A DNA stretch of 64,000 bases. Source: Octopus sinensis (Eukaryota). A program made the position numbers and the translations under genes. How positions within the stretch are numbered: the first letter of the stretch is position 1; every line of letters starts with the position of its first letter. Below, piece by piece: positions 54,050-64,000 of the stretch. The stretch is taken from assembly GCF_006345805.1 (NCBI RefSeq), contig NC_043006.1, forward strand, positions 26,350,001 to 26,414,000, written 5' to 3'. Below the pieces are notes generated by a model, which searched no databases, was not told the origin of the DNA, and saw only the letters and a program-made list of their open reading frames with translations.

Positions 54050-55000
54050 ATGATTGAAATAAACAGATACATGTATATATACAAAAAGAGAAGGCGGACA
54101 CAAACTTTTCAAATGAAAAAACAATCAAGTATAAATGTATATATCTTTTATAGAGTAAACTTCAGATTACATAAACTCAAAGAATTAGAAGGGAGAAGTC
54201 ATTACAAGTTCAACAGCTGTTTTTGAGGGCTCAGAGTTACTTCAAAATGTTGGCAGATGTATTTCATCGAAAATTCGCATCCGGTTATAGAAACAAGCAA
54301 ACATTAGTAAATGCCAGAGCCTCCTTCATCAGAGTGGATACATAAGAGTCTAACATATGAGATCATTATGCAGGGAAATTTAATGGCAGAATAAGTATAG
54401 TAGGAGGCAAGGGAGTGGTAATGGCAGGAGGAGTAGGTAGCTGAATGTAAGTGTGTATGTGGAGTGTTGGAACAAGGGAAGTGAGAAGAGGCCAGAGAGT
54501 CATGTCAAAATGATGGAGGGGTGAATGCTTAGGGTACTGAGAGATTTAGTTTTAGTAGTAGAAGTGAAGAACTGGGAGATAATGGGAGAGATAGTATGTA
54601 GTATTTGAAGATGGTCAATGCTACTGGGTTTTTTAATAGCTGTTAAAAATTTAGGATATTAGTCAATATAATTAAGAGAAGTTAAGATAGTGACAGAAGA
54701 ATGGGGAGGGAATGTTAAGTGAGGGAAAGGGTCAATCAAATTCAAGTGGAGTGGGAAAGGGGGAATTTCAGTAATGAAGATAGGTCAGCAATGGAGAGTG
54801 AGTAATTTTAGTTGAAAGAGTGAAGAGGAGATTAGGGAAGGGAATTCAAGGAATGGGGATGCAGTGGTTGTAAGGGGCTATGTGCTCTGTGTAGGAGGAA
54901 ATTAGTAAGAGTAATGTTAAGAAGGGATATATTTACTAGAAAGTTTATGTTACTAGTGTAATCAAGTTGTAATTTAATGTTAACTGTAGTTAAGTTTAAT
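54040..55000 (-). mobile_element. Probable Penelope-type terminal-repeat remnant with degenerate hammerhead-like motif
   Basis: Minus CTGATGA-a-GGAGGCTC..GAGCCCTC-AAAA-ACAGCTGT at 54213-54332, preceded by a CT-rich stretch. Confidence 0.4.
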
Positions 55001-55002
55001 CA

Positions 55003-55346
55003 TAATTAGGGAGTCACATAAATTTCATCAAATGGGCAAATGATGAGTAGTACCTGTGCTTACATGAAAGAATTACATCTGAGAATCTATTAAGTAATGA
55101 GGAGTTATGGTTGTGGAGGATGGTGAGTGATTCCCTTAAACACAGATTACAAATTCCATCATCAGTGAGGCTCCTTTAAAGCATAAACTTTGGTGTTTGT
55201 AATCTGTGTTTAAAAGAATCACTCACCATCCTTCGCAACCACAATTCTTCCTTACTTAATAGATACTCAGATGTAATTCTCTCGTGTAAGCATAGGTACT
55301 ATGCATCATTCACCCATTTTGCAAAATCTATGAGACTTCCTAATTA
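55003..55346. repeat. Long imperfect inverted repeat (~150-bp arms, ~42-nt spacer); foldback/MITE-like
   Basis: 55003-55153 aligns without gaps to the reverse complement of 55196-55346 at roughly 80-85% identity by eye. Confidence 0.92.
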
Positions 55347-55954
55347 CTTGGCTCAGATATAAGGAAAAACTGAATAGTAACCTTTCAGCAGTCAACACAG
55401 CTCACAGCAGCTTTAAGCAAACAGCCTTGGAGCAAACAAAATGGAGTTAGTCATGTTAAAATGGTATAAGAGACTTTGTTTCAACCAGCATTAACAAACT
55501 TAGGAGTGCAAGGCAAAGGTGAAAAGCAACTGCAAATACACTGCATGCAATGAGCTGTAATCCGCATGGTTGCAACATCTGTGTGCTTCTTTGCAAATTG
55601 TTGGCAGGACTCAAATATCACATTCAACATAAGCATTATGACTGACAAAGGAAGTATAGGTTGTTGGACCCTCATACATCAAAACTGATAGGAGAGTCCC
55701 ATTATGGATGTGTGCGTTAAACGATGATGATGATATATCTATCTATCTCTCTCTCTCTCTATATATATATATATAATAATAATAATAATATTAGGGAGTA
55801 AATCCAAACTTACAGGGAAAAGTTAGATTTAGGATTAAATCTAATTTCACAGTATAAATATAAATTAAATTTGATTTGCCTAATAGTGGTTTTATCTCTA
55901 ATTTAATTTATATATATATATGTATATGTATGTATGTATGTGTATATATGTATG

Positions 55955-55984
<30 letters not shown>

Positions 55985-55986
<2 letters not shown>

Positions 55987-56330
55987 GTTAATCCAAACAT
56001 GAACAAAAAAGCACAATGCGAGGACGTGGAACAAGTATAGTGTTACTGGACGCTCAGGAAAGGAAAGAAAGAAGGAGGATTTAAAGTTTTGAGCGGAGCT
56101 CTTCGTCAGAAATATAGAAAAAAGGAAAGGAAGACAGAGAAAGTAAATCGTCAATGATACACACGCGGTCACATATTGAAATGACCGGAAGGGAATGGGT
56201 GAAGAAAAAGTTCTTTCAAAGACAGGAGAGTGTAAGAGAAGGCGGTATATGTGGGTATGTGCATCCGTGCAGGTCTGTGTGTGTAATGATAGAATGTGCG
56301 TGTGTGTGTGGGGGGTTTAGTATTGTTTAA
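55985..56330 (-). mobile_element. Probable Penelope-type terminal-repeat remnant with minimal hammerhead-like motif
   Basis: Minus ATTT-CTGACGA-a-GAGC-TCC-GCTC-AAAA-CTTT-AAAT at 56079-56113. Confidence 0.55.
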
Positions 56331-56717
56331 GGTCATAGGAAGAATTTATAGTAAGAATTTTGGTAGGAGTGGCTGCCTGTTGTGTGTCTACCTACACATG
56401 TAGGAGAATGGTTAGTAGAAGGTACTAGCAGTTTGAGGTATGTGTGTGTGCATGTATGTATATGTAGTGTGTGTGTGTTTTGTTTGCAGTATGTGTGTTC
56501 GTGTATGTATGTGTGTATGCATAAGGGGTGTGTGTGTGTGTGGAAAAACAATACTTTATTCTGTGTATGTGTGCTTGTATGTGCATGTGTGTACATGTAT
56601 GTATAATTGTGTGTGTGTATGTATGAGTGTGTGCTGTGTGTGTATGGGAGGTATGTGTGGGTTCATTTGTGTGTGCATGTGTATAAACACGTGTGTGCGT
56701 GTGAGTGTATATATATA

Positions 56718-57730
56718 TCCCTCAGTGTCGTAAATCACTGCAAAGGGAAAATATTTGCCGATGACACTAAGCTCTAGCAAATCATCAATGAAGAAGAAGA
56801 CTGAACTCAACTCCAGTCTGATCTATATGCTGTGAGTCAATGGGCAGATAAAAACAAAATGCAACTGAATGAGGGAAAATTTGAGCTGATGCATTTTGGA
56901 AGAAAGTCTATACTAAAATAGCCATACTCTCTTCCTTCAGGGGAACCGCTCAGGCATCTAATAATATCAGAGACCTGGATGTAATTGTTGATAACAATCT
57001 CAGTTGGAGTGCCCGCATCAACAATAAGGTCAATATAGCTCGTAGGATGAGTTCTGGATCTTAAGAACCTTCTGGTCCAGAGAACAAGGTGTCACCATTC
57101 CACTTTCCTCCTCCTTTGTACAGCCACACCTCGAATACTGCTACCCCTTGTAGTATCCCCATACAAAACAAAACATCTTGAGGATTGATTCACCCCAGAG
57201 GGCACTCACTAAATGAAATGTAGGCGTGACTGATCTCGATTACTGGGACCACCTTAAAGCATTGAAACTCTACTCTCTCCAGCGCTGCTGTGAGTGGTAC
57301 ATCATTTGTACAATGTGGAGAATATACTGCCAGCATTGCCCAAACAACCTGAACATTAGTTTCAAGGTTCATCCAAGACTGGGACCACGGGCCATAGTCC
57401 CCTGCCCAGTTCAGGATCACAACATATAGGTACACTACGACATAATTTCTTTTCCTCAACAGGCCCTGCCCTATTTAACATTGTCCTAAAACTGATCAAA
57501 GAAGAAATGGATCCCTTTACCTTTAAACAGAGTCTGGACAGTTTTCTTCAAGGAATACCAGATAATCCAACCATACCTGGATACAACTCACTCAACAAGA
57601 ACTCACTACTTGAATGGACCATAAACAAAACTTGACTTAAAAAAGGATTTAGATAATCCTATCAGGTGGTGCTATTAAGTTAGACATGGCCTGGAACAAT
57701 CTTTGGTTGAAACATTTCTAAGTTTATCTA

Positions 57731-57737
<7 letters not shown>
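56718..57737 (+). mobile_element. 3' fragment of a distinct CR1-group LINE with (GTTTATCTAA)n tail
   Basis: KIFADDTKL; WILRTF; PHLEYCYPL; DYWDHLKALKLYSLQR. Confidence 0.85.
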
Positions 57738-57762
<25 letters not shown>

Positions 57763-58244
57763 CTAGCAGATTTGTAAGGGAAATAACAATATAAGCATTT
57801 TTAGAGAGTTACTTCCCTTATAGATGCCAATTCGGGCTTTCTTAGCCATTTCTGTTTTGGTGTCTTCAAGCCATGAAGTCGTTGTTCTAAAAGAACGCTG
57901 GTCTCCTTGACAACGCTTTACGACGTTGATTTCCTTACACTCCCTTCCCCACAGCTTCACGAGGGAGGGAAGAAGGGGGAGAAGCAAACAGGTGCAGGTG
58001 TGACCATGGACGCCAACTCCGCCGCCATCGACACACGAAAAATTATGCATTAAAATGGAATAAAAAATGATGTTAAATTATTTTTAAAATCGTAGACACA
58101 TGCTAATACTCAGACGGGCTCGATATGAATCACAACTATAAGATACCCGAATTTGGTTAAACTGCACCGCAAAATGTGGGAGTAGTTAGGAATCTAAATC
58201 GAAGGGGACAGACACTCACACAACTACAGTTTTATATATATAGA
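57763..58244 (-). mobile_element. Non-autonomous Helitron-like element
   Basis: Minus A|TCTATATATATAAAACTG...TGCTAG|T, inserted in a TA tract. Confidence 0.6.
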
Positions 58245-58248
58245 TATA

Positions 58249-58655
58249 CAGGGGTTGGACACAATAATGAAAACACCTTAAAATTTCAAGCAAATTTATT
58301 TTAATATGAGGTAGGACCACCTTTGAAAGTAATTACAGCATGAATTCTATGAGGTATGGACTCATACAAAGTTTGAATTGTTTCCAAAGGAATTTTTGTC
58401 CATTCTTCAGCTAAAATAGTCTCCAGTTCTTGTAGTGATGATGGTGGAGGATATTGACTCCTTAATTGCTTTTCTAAAATGCACCATGAATGTTCAATAA
58501 CATTGAGATCTGGGGACTGTGGTAGCCAGTTAAGATGTTCAACTTCACTAGAATGTTCCTCGAGTCATTCAGTAACAACTTTAACTGTGTGAATTGGTGT
58601 ATTATCATCCTGAAAGATTGCATTTCCCTCTGGAGACAGTTCTGCAACAATAGGA
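58249..58655 (-). mobile_element. Tc1-like transposon right end (TIR plus transposase C-terminus)
   Basis: TA|CAGGGGTTGGACACAATAATGAAAACACC; minus-strand FQDDNTPIHT..WLPQSPDLNVIEH. Confidence 0.85.
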
Positions 58656-59463
58656 TGGACCTAAGAAGCATGGATATGGTGTGCAAGAGAGACGATTGCA
58701 CTGGTATGGTCATGTGGCAAGAATGGATGAAGATAGGTGTGTGAAAAAGTGCCACACCCTAGCAGTTGAGGGAACCTGTGGAAGAGGTAGACCCAGGAAA
58801 ACCTGGGACGAGGTGATGAAGTACGACCTTTGAACATTAGGCCTCACCGAGGCAATGACTAGTGACCAGGAACTTTGGAAATATGCTGTGCGTGAGAAGA
58901 CCCAGCAGGACAAGCAAGACCATCCTATGGCCTTTGCCAGGGAGGTAGCCAGCCCACTTATGCATGCCTTTCCTTCCTTGGACATGCGAAGACCTGTTGA
59001 GGCAAGTGAAATCAAAAAGACCTGTTGAGGCGAGTGAAGTCGAAATTGAATTCGAAATCGAACCTCATCCGACGACTGGCACCCATGCCAACCTCCCTTC
59101 ACTAGACACTAAACTCTGCTTGCGAAGACCTGTTGGGGCAAGTGAATCGGAATCAAAATTGAACCAATCCTATGACTGGCACCTGGCAGTTGCCAGTGCC
59201 GCTGTACTGACTCCTGTGCAGGTGGCACGTAAATAGCACCAACCGACCATGGCCGTTGCCAGCTTTGCCTGGCACCTGTGCTGGGGGCACATAAAAAGCA
59301 CCCACTACACTCTGGGAGTGGTTGGCGTTAGGAAGGGCATCCAGCTGTAGAAACACTGCAAGATCAGATTGGAGCCTGGTGCAGCCTTCTGGCTTCCCAG
59401 ACCCTGGTCGAACCATCCAACCCATGCTAGCATGGAAAACGGAGGTTAAACGATGATGATGAT
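58656..59463 (+). mobile_element. 3' fragment of the RTE LINE (ORF end plus 3' UTR)
   Basis: Closely similar to 52090-52470 then the 52780-53027 tail; ends in (GAT)n. Confidence 0.9.
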
Positions 59464-59846
59464 ATAAATATATATATATACAATGATGATGATGATGATA
59501 TATATATACATATATAATATATATATATCATATATATATATATGTATATAACATATATAAATATATATGTATATATTAAATATATCATTCATATATATTA
59601 TACATATATATACATCATAGATACATATATATTTATATATACATACATATATATATGTATATGAATATATACATGCATATCATATATATATACATGTTAT
59701 AAATACATATATATTATATATATGATATATACATACTATATATACATATATGGCATATACATATTATATATATTATATGATATATACATATTATATATAT
59801 ACATATTGCCTATATGTATATATTGCATATCACACACATATATATG

Positions 59847-59905
<59 letters not shown>

Positions 59906-60486
59906 ATATATACATATATATTATATATATTCAAGTAAAGGGTCTAACCCTTATTAAGGGATTATAAATCCAATGAAAATTCTGGTTATTTGTCAATCAA
60001 TTGAAAGTTCAAATTTAAGGTACCCATAAAAACCATGGTTCATATATTTATTTATTTAAAGAATAATGAGGAAATACATATGTAATTAATAAAATATTCT
60101 TTCTTGATTATCATGTTTTTTACTTAATAAATATTATTTTATTCATTACATCTCTATTTTCTTGTTATTCTTTTTATATGATATATATATATATATATCA
60201 TATAAACAATATGTATGTGTGTGTGTGTGTATGTGTCTTATACATATATCATATATACATGTATGTATACGTATATCATATATATATATATGTATAATGT
60301 GCATATCATATATATATCATATGTATATATAAATATGCATATCATATATATGTCTGTGTGTATCATATGTACATCACACATATATATATATATATGTATA
60401 TTATATAAATATATATCATACATATCTATATATGTATATGATATAGATATCATATATATATATGGATCATATGTATATATATATCT

Positions 60487-60556
<70 letters not shown>

Positions 60557-60720
60557 TACATATATATCATGCTTATCTATATATGTATATGATATAGATA
60601 TCATATATATGTATGTGTATATATATATATATATATATACATACATATATATATACATATACATATATATACATATTTATAGGGATCATATGTATATATA
60701 TATCACATACACACACACAC

Positions 60721-60755
<35 letters not shown>

Positions 60756-60790
60756 TTATATATATACACATGTATATCATACATATAAAT
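59464..60790. repeat. (TA/CA)n microsatellite with an AT-rich interruption (59930-60180)
   Basis: Direct inspection. Confidence 0.9.
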
Positions 60791-61828
60791 ACTTCCTTTT
60801 TTTGTGGAAGCTAGGTTCTTGACACAGTGTGATCGACAGGCTGTCATCTCAGCGATATTGACCACGAGTGAGTGTGTCTATGTGTTACAGATGCGGCTAA
60901 GGCAGCGGTCGATGGCTAATAAGGTCGTTGTTGTCAACAGTATCGAGCACGATAGCATGAGCCAGTTAGCATGCACTAATGCGATGCGTTGGTCGTTACC
61001 ACATGTTGGCCAACTATGCGCTCACCTCACCCTCACCTGCACCTCAGTGATGGCTCCTCGCCTTCCTTCATGCTTTCTTGCTCGTCCACGTTCATTTGAC
61101 ACCACTGCCGCCAATGTTGGTAGCCTGGCAGCTCTTGCTTCGTGGACAGCATAGCTGATGTGGTCGATACCGTGACATGGTCTGTCCAGCAAATCGCTGG
61201 AAGCTTCACACAGAACAGCCACACTTTAGGTGAGCATTGCACCCCTTCAGGGTCCAGACTACAGTAAGGGGTACAAGCCAGCCTGCAGAGATTTTTGTCG
61301 ACGACTGTGCTGCAGCGCCAATGATTGCGGTTGCCGCCCAGAGCCCCACGTACACCGGCACCTGTACGTGGCTGTTTCTCTACTGCTCTTCCAGGCCCTT
61401 GTCCATGTGCTGCCCATGGCCCAGTCCTGACCACATGCACCTTCTCCATACTTCTCCCTTCCTCAGCTGTCTCCTTGCCACCTTCTGGTCCATCGCCTAC
61501 GCTCTGCCACCACCACCAATGCTGATTTCATTTGGACTGTGTTGTTTGTGGAATGGAAATATAAATATTTTCCAACTACACGTTGCCTGATGGTTACTCA
61601 AAGGTATCTGATGGACATCTAGGTTTTTAATTTGCTGTTGGTACGCATGTGAACATTCTGATAGTGCATTTCAAGTCTGACCCCACATATAGTTCTTCGC
61701 AATTCAGGCATTTGATGCAGTAAATTAAATTTCTGCTTTTGGAGTTCATATTAGCATTTGTGAATATTTTTCTGGTCTTTGTGTTCATATAATGGCTGGT
61801 ATGTATGAATTGTCATGTGCCACATCAA

Positions 61829-62114
61829 CTATCATTGCATTTAGATACAGTGACTGAACTGATTGGTCTTTGTTGCTAAGGTCAAACTCTGCCTTTGATA
61901 TCGTTTTCTCAAGTTTGTAGGCTATAAATTTACAGTGACACACAACCCGTGTCACTAGAATATCTTGAACATTGCCAAAACAAACCTATCAATCATTGCT
62001 CAAAGTAATGAATATAATCACAGACTGAGCTATGGTTCTTAGTAAAAAATTATTAACAAAGGCAAAGTTTGACCTTAGCAACACAGACCAGTCATTACCT
62101 ATGTGCAATGATAG
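61829..62114. repeat. Degenerate inverted-repeat element (MITE-like)
   Basis: CTATCATTGCA/TGCAATGATAG ends; TGGTCTTTGTTGCTAAGGTCAAACTCTGCCTTTG vs CAAAGGCAAAGTTTGACCTTAGCAACACAGACCA. Confidence 0.75.
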
Positions 62115-62692
62115 CCTATGTGGTTTAAAGTTCTTTTACTACAGCTACTCCAACCACCACTGCTACTACAACAATGACAACAATAATAAAGGTGATGATA
62201 ATTATAATGAGGATAATTGAAATGTAAAAATGCCTGAGAAATATTGTTTACAACATTTTTAAAAATAGCCAAACAATAACTGCTTTGGCCAGGGTCAAAA
62301 TACAGGTCTTCTGACATGTTCAGCAAACTGTGATGCCTAAACCAAGCACCAATCAACTTAAGTAATTTAGTAAAGCGAAACACTGATTGCTCAGAATACA
62401 ATTTGCAAAACTTAACATTCTGGGGTTTATATAAATGTGATAACGTCATGCATTTTAGCCATCTCACTACAGTTGTAAATTGAAAAAAAAACATAACTGT
62501 CACCACTACTATATAAACCTGAAGATTGCATAGTTTAATGCATGAAAGTACTAGTTCAATCATAATGGATAGTTAATATTCTATCATTTCATTATATTAT
62601 ATTATCGTATATTATTATAAGATTGTAAATAAAACATGAAAATCAAAGCTGAAATTTCTTTGATTCTATACACAATCATACATCTACATCTA

Positions 62693-63070
62693 CATCATCA
62701 TCGTTTAACATTCGTTTTCCATGCTAGCATGGGTTGGATGCTTCGGCCGGGGTCTAGGAAGCCAGGAGGCTGCACCAGGCTCCAGTCTGATCTGGCAGTG
62801 TTTCTACAGCTGGATGCCCTTCTTATATCAAATTGTTGGCCCATTTCGTGTATAAGGGAATTTGATTCCACTGCCCTCATCTGTACTTCATATCGAGCTG
62901 TTGGTTCAACCAGTATTGTGGAGAGGATGATCTCTAGTTCCTTTTTGAAGACATCTACTTCCACCTTATACAGATATCTTAATTTTTATGGCAGGGAATT
63001 GAAGAGCTGTGTTCCTGCTCGGTGTGCGGGTACAGAACCGATGAGCTCTTCTCTTCCTTAAGTTCCCTCC
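62693..63070 (-). mobile_element. RTE 3' tail (62693-62822) joined to a CR1-group LINE C-terminal fragment (62823-63070)
   Basis: Tail matches 8341-8470; VDVFKKELEIILSTILVEPTARYEVQMRAVESNSLIH matches the end of ORF 5716-6264. Confidence 0.8.
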
Positions 63071-64000
63071 AATGCTCATTTACCCATCCTCCTATGCTCT
63101 GTGCTGTTTCCCCAACGTACATCGTTGTCTTGTTACTGCACCATCCCTCTGTACATCTTATACTATAGACTACATTCCTGGCTTTACAGTTTGAGGGCTA
63201 CACCTACATACAGTATAGTTCCTATCAGTACAGGCGGTTCTACTGATTTGGGATTTGATAGGGTTGCCTGGCCTTAATTCTTAGCTTAAGTTTGTCTAGG
63301 GCTCTTCTAAAGTGGTACACCAATTTGTCTCTTGTGGTGGTGTCAACAAACATGTATAAAATTATATTTTGCATATAAGTTGATCTACCTGATTAAATGC
63401 ATGTTAAGTCTTATAATACACTCCAATTAGTTTATGAAAATTAAGAGCTTTTTGTAAATCTCATATTATATCCCCTTAACTGTTTTGCACAGTGATATAT
63501 GACTCAAGTTTATATATATATATATAATAGAATGATGTATTTTATTTCTGATATATAATTAAGCTTATATCTTAATTAGTCTTATTAGTTCGTATATAAT
63601 AACTAGTATATGATACATCTACTTATGTACGAACTATATAGTTATGTTTATCCCCCTAATTAAGAGTGGTAGAATCCCTGTATATATGTAGATATATCTC
63701 TTTTTTAATCTTGATTTTTCATTAACTTCATTATTTATCCTCGATTGTTTTTATTTTTATTTATTTATTTTATATTATATTTATATTTTATTTAGTACTA
63801 CAATGTGCCAAATTAATAGCATATTGAGCTGATTCCTAATTCACTGCTTAAATACACAAATATATTATTACCTCTGATTACATTTTCAGATATGCCCTCA
63901 TTTAAATTTGTTCTGACTTTGCTGCCTTTATATATATATTTTCCCCTACATCCCTGCTATACATGAAAGCATTTTACATAATTCATTGTCATTTATTTTA

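Overview
Eukaryotic, AT-rich, repeat-saturated genomic DNA; the repeat repertoire looks cephalopod (Octopus-like; my inference, no search run). About 13 kb is (TA/CA)n compound microsatellite, which produces the Y/I/M/V/C/H-only ORFs (all spurious). The rest is layered, decayed mobile DNA: CR1-group LINEs (two with a pyrimidine-rich 5' UTR and CCCH-finger ORF1), RTE LINEs plus many orphan RTE 3' tails, a Tx1/L1 LINE, an internally inverted Penelope-like element, a Gypsy pol remnant, mariner/Tc1, Chapaev-like, piggyBac-type MITEs, Helitron-like elements and nested tRNA-derived SINEs. No intact transposon ORF or complete host gene is present. A minus-strand host gene probably starts at ~35.3 kb in a CpG-retaining island, with candidate exons at ~21.5 and ~21.0 kb. 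The most notable signal is five minimal hammerhead-ribozyme-like motifs in short Penelope-type repeats. One lies in a 304-bp TSD-flanked insert that joins palindromic tRNA-like Pol III heads to a hammerhead core, a candidate ribozyme-bearing, Penelope-mobilised SINE/retrozyme. Boundaries of decayed elements are approximate.
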